Shown here one piece after another: positions 42,840-52,366 of a stretch of DNA of 64,000 nt. Within the stretch, counting starts at the first letter, position 1; each line of letters opens with the position of its first letter. A program made the translations under genes and the position numbers. Source of the DNA: Mollicutes bacterium (GTDB lineage: Bacteria > Bacillota_I > Bacilli_A > Izemoplasmatales > Izemoplasmataceae); assembly GCA_003554025.1 (NCBI GenBank), contig PWFC01000016.1, forward strand, positions 22,129 to 86,128, given 5' to 3'. The notes beneath the pieces are model-generated. The model was not told where the DNA came from, did no database searches, and saw only the letters and a program-made list of their open reading frames with translations.

Positions 42840-43751
42840 ATGCCCACATGCACTGTCATATACAACCCTATCAGTGGAAAACACACCATTGAAGACCACA
42901 TTCCAATAATTGTGGACACCCTACATAAAATGGGGTACACGTGCGAAGTCAAGCGTTCTGAATATCCGAAACATGCAATAAAACTCAGCGAAGAAGTTTG
43001 TCTTCAAAAGACCGACATGCTTTTGATGGCGGGCGGCGATGGCACGGTGAACGAATGTTTGAACGGCATGTTTAAGACCGACCATCGGCCTTTGGTGTCC
43101 TATATCCCTACCGGAACTTCATGCGATTTGGCGAAAACTCTTGGGATCCCGAAAAACATCAAAAAAGCGTTGAAAATCTTAGAGGACAATTACGCCGTTT
43201 CCATGGATGTCGTGTCTTCATCGCAAGGATATTTTGCCTACGTTGCGGCGCTTGGGAACTATGTTGATGTCAGTTATTCCACCCCTGAAAAATGGAAAGC
43301 CTCACTAGGCTATTTCGCCTATGTGCTTGCAAGGGTGAAACAGTTTTTTCACATTAAAAAAATCCCGATGCGAGTACAGCTTCCGGATGGTCGCTACGAC
43401 AAAAATTATTCGTTGGCGCTTTTGGTCAATTCCAAGCGTGTTGCGAGTTTCTCTGTCATCAACCGGCCGATTTTAGACGATGGGAAATTGGATGTCGTAC
43501 TGTATGGGCACATTCCTTTTTTGAACAATCTGTTGTTCCTTCTTTCCTTTCTTTTGGATCCGAAAGTGATTCCTGGCGTGCGACGTCATGTGGTTGAAGA
43601 AGCTTACGTTGAAGTAGACAAACCTTATCGTTGGACCATTGACGGCGAAAGTGGCATGGAGGGCTCTATCAAGGTTCGCGTCATCCCCAAAGCTTTGCGA
43701 ATCATTGTCAATCGCAGCACCCGCAAATATTTCAAGAATCAAGAACAGTAA
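42840..43751 (+). CDS. DagK/YegS-family lipid kinase
   Basis: About 303 aa with the GGDGT motif (MAGGDGTVNE). Confidence 0.7.
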   Translation: MPTCTVIYNPISGKHTIEDHIPIIVDTLHKMGYTCEVKRSEYPKHAIKLSEEVCLQKTDMLLMAGGDGTVNECLNGMFKTDHRPLVSYIPTGTSCDLAKTLGIPKNIKKALKILEDNYAVSMDVVSSSQGYFAYVAALGNYVDVSYSTPEKWKASLGYFAYVLARVKQFFHIKKIPMRVQLPDGRYDKNYSLALLVNSKRVASFSVINRPILDDGKLDVVLYGHIPFLNNLLFLLSFLLDPKVIPGVRRHVVEEAYVEVDKPYRWTIDGESGMEGSIKVRVIPKALRIIVNRSTRKYFKNQEQ

Positions 43752-43760
43752 GGTGATACC

Positions 43761-44630
43761 ATGAGTGTTTCCACATCGAGAAAGATACGTTCTTTGATGA
43801 GTGAACAAAACCTCAAAACAAGGAAAAGGTTTGGTCAAAATTATTTGATCGACGATAAAATATTGAAAAAAATCGTGTCTACTTCCCAAATCGATTCGAA
43901 GACGCTCGTAATAGAAATCGGCCCGGGACTTGGGAGTTTGACGCAATATCTAGTGGAAAGCGCCGCACACGTATTGGCGTATGAGATTGACGAATCCCTT
44001 GTGGAAGTGCTGCAAGACATGTTTGCGCAAAACGATAACTTCACACTCATATCCGACGATGTATTGAAAAGAGATATGGATGCGGATGTTCAGGCGCATT
44101 ACGGCGAGGCGGAAAAAATTATTGTGGTCGCCAACCTCCCTTACTACATTACAACGCCGTTCATCATGAAATCTTTGGAGGAATCACGCAAAGTGGACCG
44201 TTACGTTTTGATGCTGCAACTGGAAGTTGCCAAGCGTTTGACCGCTAGCAAAAACACCAAAGACTACAACGCTTTAAGCGTAATCATGCAGTATTTGACA
44301 ACCCCCTCTTTTCAATTCACCGTTCCAAACACGGTTTTCATTCCCAGACCAAAAGTCGACAGCGCAGTCATTACATTAGACGTCAAGAAAAGCAAATATA
44401 CTTTGCCCGAAACACCCGAATTGTTAAAGTTTGTCAAAGCTTGTTTCAAACAACGCAGAAAAACCTTAATCAACAACCTGCACGAAGCCTACGGAATTGA
44501 TAAAGAAACACTCAAAAAGTTCTTACATGAACAAGGTTTTACTCATCAAATTCGAGCTGAAGCGATTGCTGCCGATGAACTCATAAAACTCGGAAATGAC
44601 TTTTTAGAAAACGACCAATGTTCCACGTGA
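43761..44630 (+). CDS. rsmA: 16S rRNA (adenine1518/1519-N6)-dimethyltransferase
   Basis: 289 aa. It has the FGQNYL motif and a SAM-binding EIGPGLG. Confidence 0.9.
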   Translation: MSVSTSRKIRSLMSEQNLKTRKRFGQNYLIDDKILKKIVSTSQIDSKTLVIEIGPGLGSLTQYLVESAAHVLAYEIDESLVEVLQDMFAQNDNFTLISDDVLKRDMDADVQAHYGEAEKIIVVANLPYYITTPFIMKSLEESRKVDRYVLMLQLEVAKRLTASKNTKDYNALSVIMQYLTTPSFQFTVPNTVFIPRPKVDSAVITLDVKKSKYTLPETPELLKFVKACFKQRRKTLINNLHEAYGIDKETLKKFLHEQGFTHQIRAEAIAADELIKLGNDFLENDQCST

Positions 44631-44759
44631 AACATGTTAACACAACTTTGTTATTCGTGTGATATAAACTTGATAACGCATATCTATGTTGGATTTTGAG
44701 TTGTTACGAATCAAGATTTGCAAATACGATCATACCCAATGTTTCACGTGGAACATTGG
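44616..44759. promoter_or_regulatory. pair of 20-bp near-palindromes bracketing the ksgA-ispE intergenic region
   Basis: AATGTTCCACGTGAAACATG lies at about 44617-44636 and AATGTTTCACGTGGAACATT at about 44737-44756. Each is an imperfect palindrome centred on CACGTG. They are reverse complements of each other. Confidence 0.5.
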
Positions 44760-44769
44760 CGGGAGGTAG

Positions 44770-45618
44770 TTGGCCATGGTAAAAGAAAATGCCTACGCAA
44801 AAGTGAACTTGTTTTTGGATGTCTTGGGCAAACGCCCGGATCAATATCATGATTTGGAGATGGTCATGGCGCCCATTGCTTTGCATGACGTGGTTACGTT
44901 AAAGAAGCGCAAGGACAACAATCTCCATATTGAGGCTTCAAAAACCATAACAAAACATGTAGAAGACAATATCGTCTATAAAGTCGCGAAGCATATGATT
45001 GAGACGTATCGACTGCCGCAGGGAATGGATATACATATTGAAAAAAATATCCCCATAGCCGCTGGATTGGGTGGCGGGAGTTCAAACTGCGCCGCAACAC
45101 TGAGAGGAATCAACAAGCTGTTCGGTTTGCGTTTGAGTAAGGAAAAACTCGCGGAAATTGGCGAAATTTTCGGTGCGGATGTTCCCTATTGCATCTACAA
45201 TCAACTATGCATCGCAAGGGGAAAGGGGGAGAAACTGTTTTTTTTGAAAAAGAATCTGAATATTCCCTTGTTGTTGGTCTCTCCCGGAGTAAAAGTAAGC
45301 ACGAAAAAAGTGTACGAAGCTTTGGATATGAAAGACATTCAAAATGTAAAAATCACATCCATGACCAACGCCATTTACAACCGAAATTACGAGTTGCTTC
45401 TTAAGAGTTTGCACAACGCTCTAGCCCCTTACACATATTCCCTCTTCCCGGAGGTTCAAGCCCTTAATGAACGTCTTACAAAGATGGGTGTCGAAGGATT
45501 TTTGATGAGCGGGTCAGGGCCAACGTTCTTTATCATAAACAAACATAAAGACGAGCTCAAAGGAATATTAGAGACGTTGAAGTCGACATACTATACCCAT
45601 ATGACGAAAATACTTTGA
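44770..45618 (+). CDS. ispE: 4-diphosphocytidyl-2-C-methyl-D-erythritol kinase
   Basis: 282 aa. GHMP kinase. It has a KVNLFL N-terminus and a PIAAGLGGGSS motif. Confidence 0.85.
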   Translation: MAMVKENAYAKVNLFLDVLGKRPDQYHDLEMVMAPIALHDVVTLKKRKDNNLHIEASKTITKHVEDNIVYKVAKHMIETYRLPQGMDIHIEKNIPIAAGLGGGSSNCAATLRGINKLFGLRLSKEKLAEIGEIFGADVPYCIYNQLCIARGKGEKLFFLKKNLNIPLLLVSPGVKVSTKKVYEALDMKDIQNVKITSMTNAIYNRNYELLLKSLHNALAPYTYSLFPEVQALNERLTKMGVEGFLMSGSGPTFFIINKHKDELKGILETLKSTYYTHMTKIL

Positions 45619-45644
45619 TTTGGCGCCCTAATGGCAAATATTGT

Positions 45645-45673
45645 TTGAAAACGTTTTGATCCTATGGTATAAT
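45645..45673 (+). promoter_or_regulatory. consensus sigma-A-type promoter for spoVG
   Basis: TTGAAA (45645-45650), a 17-nt spacer, then TATAAT (45668-45673). Confidence 0.6.
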
Positions 45674-45719
45674 TTTCGATATAATAAGGAAGAGCATAAA
45701 AAATATGTGGGGTGGAACA

Positions 45720-46055
45720 ATGGAAGTTACTGACATTCGTGTGAAAAAGTTCGACAAGGAAAATCGTCTGAAAGCGATTGCCGCAATTACAATTGACGAT
45801 TGTTTCGTGGTTCATGAATTACGCGTCATCGATGGAAAAGACGGGTTGTTTGTAGCGATGCCGAGCCGAAAAATGCCAAACGGCGAATTCAAAGATGTCG
45901 CGCACCCTATCAACCAAGAAACTCGTGACTACATTGAAGGCGTAGTCATTAAGGCCTATCAAGAACTCTTGGACAAGGAAAAAGAAGAAAAAGAGCAAGA
46001 AGAGGAAGCTGAAGAGGCTTCCGATGAAGCAACCGAAGAATCTGAAGAAGAATAG
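45720..46055 (+). CDS. spoVG: SpoVG family nucleic-acid-binding protein with acidic C-terminal tail
   Basis: MEVTDIRVKKFDKENRLKAIAAITIDDCFVVHELRVIDGKDGLFVAMPS… is typical SpoVG. It carries an extra about 25-aa Glu-rich tail. Confidence 0.85.
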   Translation: MEVTDIRVKKFDKENRLKAIAAITIDDCFVVHELRVIDGKDGLFVAMPSRKMPNGEFKDVAHPINQETRDYIEGVVIKAYQELLDKEKEEKEQEEEAEEASDEATEESEEE

Positions 46056-46066
46056 AAATACATTAA

Positions 46067-46100
46067 ATGCAACTCACCGTAGTTGCATTTTCTTTTGCGC
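46067..46100 (+). terminator. terminator after spoVG
   Basis: TGCAACT-CACCGT-AGTTGCA hairpin followed by TTTTCTTTT. Confidence 0.6.
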
Positions 46101-46154
46101 AAATTTTCGTTATAATATCCATTGGAATGAGAAATCTATGTTTTGGAGGGTACT

Positions 46155-47135
46155 ATGGCTACATTCAGCGGTGAAAAGGTAAAGTTGTTTACGCTCAACG
46201 CCAACAAGAAACTCGCTCAGGAAATTTCGGAGTATACGAAGATTCCACTAAGCAATTGTGAGTTGAAACGTTTTGCGGACGGCGAAATCGGTGTGGACAT
46301 CGAAGAGACGGTGAGGGGGCATCATGTCTTCATTGTGCAGCCGACACAACCTCCGGTCAACGAACATCTCATGGAGTTGTTGATTATGATCGATGCGGTC
46401 AAACGTGCGTCGGCGAAGAGTGTGAACATCGTGATGCCTTATTACGGATATTCGCGCCAGGATCGGAAGTCCGCATCACGTCAACCGATTTCGGCGAAGC
46501 TTATTGCAAATCTTCTCGAAAAAGCAGGCGCTAATCGGGTGCTGTCAATGGACTTACATGCCGGGCAAATCCAAGGCTTCTTTGATATTCCCATCGACAA
46601 TTTCTTCGCGATGCCGATATTGGTGGATTATTTCCGGAAAAAACTGAACGGGAAAGATTTAGTCATCGTTTCTCCCGACCACGGCGGAGCGGTAAGAGCG
46701 CGTCGGATGGGGAACGCGATGCATGCTTCCATCGCCATCATCGACAAAAGCCGACCACGGCCGAACGAAGCGGAAGTCATGAACATTGTAGGCGATGTGG
46801 ACGGCAAAAGAGCCATCATCATCGACGACTTGATCGACACAGCCGGGACAATCGGAACGGCCGCAAAAGCATTGAAAGAGGCCGGTGCGACCGAAGTGTA
46901 CGCGGCCTGTACACACCCCGTATTTTCTCATCCGGCCATTGAACGAATCAACGAAAGCGATATTGAAGAGATTGTCTGCACAAACACCATCGAGCTCAGC
47001 GAAGACAAAATGTCCGACAAAGTCGTTCAATTGAGCGTCGGCCCGCTTTTTGGGCAAGGCATTTTAAACATCATTTACGACAGGCCGTTAAGCAGTTTGT
47101 TCGAACCCAAAGAGGACGATATGGATAACAAATAA
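46155..47135 (+). CDS. prs: ribose-phosphate pyrophosphokinase
   Basis: About 326 aa. PRPP synthetase family with a PRPP-binding loop. Confidence 0.9.
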   Translation: MATFSGEKVKLFTLNANKKLAQEISEYTKIPLSNCELKRFADGEIGVDIEETVRGHHVFIVQPTQPPVNEHLMELLIMIDAVKRASAKSVNIVMPYYGYSRQDRKSASRQPISAKLIANLLEKAGANRVLSMDLHAGQIQGFFDIPIDNFFAMPILVDYFRKKLNGKDLVIVSPDHGGAVRARRMGNAMHASIAIIDKSRPRPNEAEVMNIVGDVDGKRAIIIDDLIDTAGTIGTAAKALKEAGATEVYAACTHPVFSHPAIERINESDIEEIVCTNTIELSEDKMSDKVVQLSVGPLFGQGILNIIYDRPLSSLFEPKEDDMDNK

Positions 47136-47142
47136 AACCAAT

Positions 47143-47170
47143 AAAAAAAGGTCGCACGACCTTTTTTTAT
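47143..47170. terminator. bidirectional terminator (prs / RDD gene)
   Basis: A-run, GGTCG…CGACC hairpin, then a T-run. Confidence 0.65.
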
Positions 47171-47841
47171 TTTGACCATGGATCTTCTTTGTCATACTCT
47201 TTCATAAAATCGTCGTCGTCTTCTTCTAATTCCGCCCATTCTTTGGCTTGTGTGGCGGCCTCTACGGCTTTCAAATCAGGATCATAACGTTCGTCGACCA
47301 CGTATGTGTCTGCGATGAAATCGTGCAAGCCTCGCTCGTCTTGGCGGAAGAGAATCATGAGGAATGCGACGATTACTAAGAAACCGGTGACGAAGCCAAT
47401 AATTGCCGACAAAACGGTATAAGCGATTGGGTTGAACAATATCACGAACGTCACAGGAGCCAGCAAGTATGTGCTCCACATTGCGATGCTGCGAATAAAA
47501 TGGACTTTGAAAGAGGGGTTTTTGCCAACATCGTCGACCACTTTGATTTTCAAGATGATTTTCCCGAGAGTTTTGCCGTCTTTGCGGAAAGGAACGTAGA
47601 CGTAATACAAAATGCCGAGAATCAAACCAATGATTGTGGTGGCGATTGTGTAGGCGATAAAGGCATCGGAGTAGTCCCCTATATCGCCGATGTTTCCGTT
47701 ACGGGCAAAATCCATGAAGGTCTGAAAACCTACGAAAGGGATGGTGAATAAAGAACTGATCGTTACAGCAATCTGGTAGAAGATGAAATCGAGGATGACG
47801 GCGACAATACGTTCGCCTTTTACAAATTTCTTGTGTTCCAT
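47167..47841 (-). CDS. RDD-family membrane protein with acidic C-terminal tail
   Basis: 224 aa. RDD-like TM core with a C-terminal EEDDDDFMKEYDKED tail. Confidence 0.55.
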   Translation of the reverse strand: MEHKKFVKGERIVAVILDFIFYQIAVTISSLFTIPFVGFQTFMDFARNGNIGDIGDYSDAFIAYTIATTIIGLILGILYYVYVPFRKDGKTLGKIILKIKVVDDVGKNPSFKVHFIRSIAMWSTYLLAPVTFVILFNPIAYTVLSAIIGFVTGFLVIVAFLMILFRQDERGLHDFIADTYVVDERYDPDLKAVEAATQAKEWAELEEDDDDFMKEYDKEDPWSK

Positions 47842-47851
47842 GGTTGGCCTC

Positions 47852-50098
47852 CTAATCGTTTCTTAAAGCTTCTATAGGTTGTTTTCTTCCGGCGAGCACC
47901 GAGGGAATCAAGCCGCTGATGATGGCGATGGCGACGCTTCCCAAAATGGCGTACACCATCAAGCGTACATTTACGGTGAAAAGCGGTCCTTCCGGAAGGT
48001 TTGCATAATATTGGGAAAGGAAATTGTGCAGTTGTTCGGAAAAGATGATGTTGCTGAACAGTATAATAACCATGCTCACCACAACGCTAATGAGTCCGGC
48101 GAAAAGCCCGATCATCGTCGTTTCACCGACAAAAATATTCCGGACATCCTTTCGTGTGCCTCCTAATGACCTTATCAGACCGATTTCACGGGTTCGTTCA
48201 ATGATGGATATGTAGAGAATCATCAAAAGCATCAACCCGGCGGTTATTACGGCAATGCCGACGATGGCGCTGAAAAGAAACTGAACGATGTATGTGAAAA
48301 GCATGCTTAATCCTGTAAGCAGATTGAACTGGGACTGGGTGTTTTCCCGAATCGAGAAACCGTCGTCTTCCATTGTTCTTATGATGGAAGCTTTTTGTTC
48401 TATATGTTCGCTGTCAAGATATCCGACGGCTTGTATGTGGTTGTGTCTAGAACCGTCTTCGTAAAGAGCCAGGGGCTGCGTCCCCACGCTTTTAAGAAAA
48501 TCTGTATGGAAGACGGCGTTTCCAAAAAGGCTTTCGTCGATAATTCCCACCAAAGTAAGAGTCTGGTAGGATTTCGGGGTGTCGTGGTCGAGGACCCAAG
48601 GAATGGCGGTATAATCGTCGCAAAAGTATGTGCGATTGCCGAATTCGATGGGGGATGGGCGGTAGTCGGAAAGCGTGTCCAAATGCGTACTTAGACTGTC
48701 TGAACTGGAAAAACCATCAAAAAACTCCTCGGGCAAGTCATCCTCGCTTCCGTTCCAATGTTCGACATATTGGCATCCTTCCTCCTCAAGCAACCCTTCT
48801 TCTTCCACAATGTAATGGAAGCGTGTGCCAATTTGGTAATCATTCCCTTCAACCCGTTCCCAGATTTCCCCCTTCGTCAACCGCGCGTCCGGAGAAAAGA
48901 GGTTTTGAGCTTGCGATAGCGTAAGCGCGAACTCGTTTTCGTTTTCGGGAAAACGGCCGTCTTCAATGAAATCGTCGTAAAGCGCACGAATCCGGGCACT
49001 TTCCGGGACAGCGGTGTAGCGGTCGATTCTCAACGGGTTGATCAAGGGGTTTTCTGTGGTCTCGTTTTTCACAATGGAAAGAGAATGGCTGGGGCGGTAA
49101 CTGATGTCGCTGAAATATGGATAGTGGGTACGCAAAAGTTCCGTATACTCTTGCGGGTCCGCTTCGCCGTCGTATGGATAACGCAGCGTCAGTTCGGGAT
49201 TGTCTCGCAGAATCTCTCCCTGTTCGTTTATGGAAGAGCGCACGGTTGTGAACAAAGAATTGATAAGAATCAGTCCGATGATGCCCAATGCAAGCCCCAT
49301 CGCCACTAAAGTGCTCCTCCACGCGCGCGCTTTCATGTTAAAGTATGCAAGGCGAATGCCTTCTTTGAAAGAAAGCGATTTTCTATGTTTCTCTTTTTTG
49401 AACGTCAGTTTTACCTTTTGGTCTTTCGGCGCGCTGTCGCTGACAACCCTTCCGTCTCGAAGGTTGATCATTCGCGTCGCGTATTCTTCGGCCATGGCCA
49501 AATCATGGGTGACGACGATCAAAAGCTTGTCTTTGGCGACACTCTTAATCAGGTCCATAATCTCACGGCCGGTTTTTTTGTCAAGAGCGCCGGGGGGTTC
49601 ATCGGCTAAAATGATATCGGGGTCGTTGATCAAAGCCCGGGCGATGCCAACGCGTTGTCTTTCTCCGCCCGAGAGTTCTCCGGGCGTTTTGTGGGCATGT
49701 TTTTCCAAGCCGACCTTCTTAAGCATATCAAGAGCCATTTTCTTGCTTTTGGCATGGTTGTTGCCGCTGATTTTGGCATTGATGGCGACGTTTTCAAGTA
49801 CCGGAAGGTGTTCAATCAAATTGAACTGCTGAAAGATGAACCCGATGTTATGGTTGCGAAAATAATCCCATTCGCTTTCTTTGAACTGCGAGGTCATCTT
49901 TCCGTTAATGGCCATTTCGCCGCTTGATGGTTTGTCGAGACCGGCAATCAGGTTGAGGAGCGTGGTTTTGCCGCACCCGCTTTTCCCGTATACGACCACC
50001 GTTTCGTTGCGCTCGAAATAGAGTGTCACGTCTTTCAATGCGTGGAATCCAGTTTTACCCTGTGTATAGATTTTATGGACTTCATGCAATTTGATCAT
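47852..50098 (-). CDS. fused ABC transporter ATPase/FtsX-like permease (MacB-like), copy 2
   Basis: About 749 aa. The N-terminus is an ABC ATPase (GKSGCGKTT, LSGGERQR). The C-terminus is an FtsX 4-TM permease with an extracytoplasmic domain of about 330 aa. The start at MIKLHE has an AAAGGAG SD. Confidence 0.75.
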   Translation of the reverse strand: MIKLHEVHKIYTQGKTGFHALKDVTLYFERNETVVVYGKSGCGKTTLLNLIAGLDKPSSGEMAINGKMTSQFKESEWDYFRNHNIGFIFQQFNLIEHLPVLENVAINAKISGNNHAKSKKMALDMLKKVGLEKHAHKTPGELSGGERQRVGIARALINDPDIILADEPPGALDKKTGREIMDLIKSVAKDKLLIVVTHDLAMAEEYATRMINLRDGRVVSDSAPKDQKVKLTFKKEKHRKSLSFKEGIRLAYFNMKARAWRSTLVAMGLALGIIGLILINSLFTTVRSSINEQGEILRDNPELTLRYPYDGEADPQEYTELLRTHYPYFSDISYRPSHSLSIVKNETTENPLINPLRIDRYTAVPESARIRALYDDFIEDGRFPENENEFALTLSQAQNLFSPDARLTKGEIWERVEGNDYQIGTRFHYIVEEEGLLEEEGCQYVEHWNGSEDDLPEEFFDGFSSSDSLSTHLDTLSDYRPSPIEFGNRTYFCDDYTAIPWVLDHDTPKSYQTLTLVGIIDESLFGNAVFHTDFLKSVGTQPLALYEDGSRHNHIQAVGYLDSEHIEQKASIIRTMEDDGFSIRENTQSQFNLLTGLSMLFTYIVQFLFSAIVGIAVITAGLMLLMILYISIIERTREIGLIRSLGGTRKDVRNIFVGETTMIGLFAGLISVVVSMVIILFSNIIFSEQLHNFLSQYYANLPEGPLFTVNVRLMVYAILGSVAIAIISGLIPSVLAGRKQPIEALRND

Positions 50099-50103
50099 CA
50101 GGG

Positions 50104-52071
50104 TCACTCCTTTCTTAGCGCGGAAACGGCGTTTAGTTTTGTGGCATGCCGTGATGGAATCCAACCGCTTAACATAGCGTAAAGCACACCGGCTACAAGG
50201 ACAATCGCCAAGGGCGCAATAGAAGGCGAAAGCAATGTGATGTTGAGTTCTCCGCCCAGTAGTAAATTCAAGGGGGTTTCAATAAAATTGTTGAATAAGC
50301 GGTTTAGCCCCAAAGCGATAAATACAGCCGCAACCGAAGCAAAGACGCCGCTTAGCAAACCGCTTATGCCGCTTTCAATGAGAAAAATGCCTCGAATGTT
50401 TGAGGCTCTCGCCCCCAGAGCGGTCAATATGCCGATTTCCCGAACCCTTTCCAGCACCGAGGTATAAATCACAAGGCCAATCAAAATGCCCGCAACCGCA
50501 AGGCTAATGAGTGCGATGCCGACAAACCATTGCAACGCGGTGAACATGATGTCGTCAATCTGTGCGGTTATTTCGCCGAATACATTTCGAAGCACCAACC
50601 CTTCTTCGTCTCGAAGCTGACGAGTCAGCGAGTCGATTTCCCCATCGTCGCCGGTGGTGAGATACGCGACCGCGCTTGTTCGAAATTCTTCGTTGCCCAA
50701 ACGCTCTTCGGCAATATTCAAGAGCGCGTCGTATGTAAGATATACGTTTCTTTGTTGCCGTTCCTCCGACATTCCGACGATGGTGAACGTTTTGCTTTCG
50801 TCGAATTCACTGTCCAGATAATCTGCGTTGAGCGTGTAGCCGTCCACCAAATTGAAAATATACTCGTAAGATTCTTCATCCACCATTTGCATACCGCGCA
50901 ACGTCAATGCGGTGCGTAAGCTGATGACCACTTCGTCGTCGTTTTCCGGAAGACGACCGTGCAAGGTTCCATCGCGTTCGAATGCAAACGCATCGTAGGG
51001 TAACGCAAGGTAATTGAGGTCGTAAGTGTTTTCTTCCAATGAACGATACCTAGTGTCTATTCGCATGTGGATATTGTAGCGCAAAGCTTCGACGGAATCA
51101 TTGTCTTTTACGCGTTCGAAGGTATCGTTATCGATGTAGGTGTCCTCGATGGGATGGAGTAAGTACTCATCGGGAGGTATCAAGGAACCGATGGCATCGC
51201 TCAAAGAACCCCGTATCCCCATGATGATGAACGTCAAAAGCAAAATCGCCACAAATCCGATCGCCACAATCGCGGAGGTGAAAAGCGACCGGAAAATACG
51301 GGAAAACACATTGTTTTTGGCGAACTTGAAAAGCATGCCCAAAGGCACTTTCGGAGATTTCAAGTCCAAGGACTTTTGTTTTTCCGGTTTGCTTTCCCTT
51401 TGGTTTGTGTCGTTTAGAATCTTGCCGTCTTGGATATGGATGGTGCGGTTGGCGAACTTATCAGCCAGTTCTTCATTATGGGTAACGACGATGACGATTT
51501 TGTCTTGGGCGTGTTCTTTCAAATAAGCGAGGGTTTTTTCGCCCATTTTTTCATCCAAGGACCCGGTCGGCTCGTCGGCAAGGATGATTTTAGGGTTGGT
51601 AACCAAGGCTCTTGCGATGGCCACACGCTGTTGTTGACCACCGGAGAGCTGCATGGGTTTTTTGGCGATGTGTTTTTTCAGGCCGATTTTATCCAGTTCG
51701 GTCGTTGCCCGCTTTTGGGCCTCCTTTTTGTCGACGCCTTGAAACAAAAGCGGAAGCATGACGTTATCCATTACGCTAAGGTGCTCAATCAGATTGTATT
51801 CTTGAAAAACAAACCCGACGTGGTTGTTTCGAAACGTCGCAAAGTCTTTTTTGGAGAAAGAATCGGTGTCTTTGCCTTCGATCAACACCGAACCCTTCGA
51901 AGGGACGTCAAGGCCGCTTAAAACATTCAAAAGTGTGCTTTTGCCGCTTCCGCTTTCCCCAAGCAAAAATGCGAAATCGCCCGGTTGGAACTCTAGGGAG
52001 ACATCGTGCAAAGCATGAAGGAACTCGTCGCCGTTTTTATAGGTTTTGTATACGTTTTGCATTTTCAGCAT
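50104..52071 (-). CDS. fused ABC transporter ATPase/FtsX-like permease (MacB-like), copy 1
   Basis: About 656 aa. Walker A GESGSGKST and LSGGQQQR, then an FtsX permease with an extracytoplasmic domain of about 240 aa. The start at MLKMQN has a GGAGG SD. Its stop lies 5 nt before the copy-2 start. Confidence 0.75.
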   Translation of the reverse strand: MLKMQNVYKTYKNGDEFLHALHDVSLEFQPGDFAFLLGESGSGKSTLLNVLSGLDVPSKGSVLIEGKDTDSFSKKDFATFRNNHVGFVFQEYNLIEHLSVMDNVMLPLLFQGVDKKEAQKRATTELDKIGLKKHIAKKPMQLSGGQQQRVAIARALVTNPKIILADEPTGSLDEKMGEKTLAYLKEHAQDKIVIVVTHNEELADKFANRTIHIQDGKILNDTNQRESKPEKQKSLDLKSPKVPLGMLFKFAKNNVFSRIFRSLFTSAIVAIGFVAILLLTFIIMGIRGSLSDAIGSLIPPDEYLLHPIEDTYIDNDTFERVKDNDSVEALRYNIHMRIDTRYRSLEENTYDLNYLALPYDAFAFERDGTLHGRLPENDDEVVISLRTALTLRGMQMVDEESYEYIFNLVDGYTLNADYLDSEFDESKTFTIVGMSEERQQRNVYLTYDALLNIAEERLGNEEFRTSAVAYLTTGDDGEIDSLTRQLRDEEGLVLRNVFGEITAQIDDIMFTALQWFVGIALISLAVAGILIGLVIYTSVLERVREIGILTALGARASNIRGIFLIESGISGLLSGVFASVAAVFIALGLNRLFNNFIETPLNLLLGGELNITLLSPSIAPLAIVLVAGVLYAMLSGWIPSRHATKLNAVSALRKE

Positions 52072-52100
52072 GGGTGAAAGCCTCCTATGTCTTGAATCGG

Positions 52101-52128
52101 TTGACAATCTAAAGATTTACTATATAAT
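52101..52128 (+). promoter_or_regulatory. sigma-A promoter for asnS leader
   Basis: TTGACA (52101-52106), a 16-nt spacer, then TATAAT (52123-52128). Confidence 0.6.
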
Positions 52129-52134
52129 TGAACT

Positions 52135-52345
52135 ATAAATCGAAGAACGGACGCGTCGCTTGTCTCCCTCTCTTTAGCGATTCCAGGTTGGTGCAAGCTG
52201 GAAGTGAAAGATAAGCGAACAACACCGGGAGAGATGGAAGAAATCGAGTAGACCCATCCGTAAGCTTGCGTTAAAAGCGAGAGTGCTTAGGAATTAAGGT
52301 GGTACCGCGGCATTGTTCGCCCTTAAACGTAAGGGCGTTTTTTAT
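52135..52345 (+). promoter_or_regulatory. T-box riboswitch leader of asnS
   Basis: T-box sequence AATTAAGGTGGTACCGCGG at 52292-52310. A terminator CGCCCTTA-AACG-TAAGGGCGTTTTTT follows at 52318-52344. Confidence 0.75.
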
Positions 52346-52366
52346 GCAAATAGGGAGGTTGCGCTT

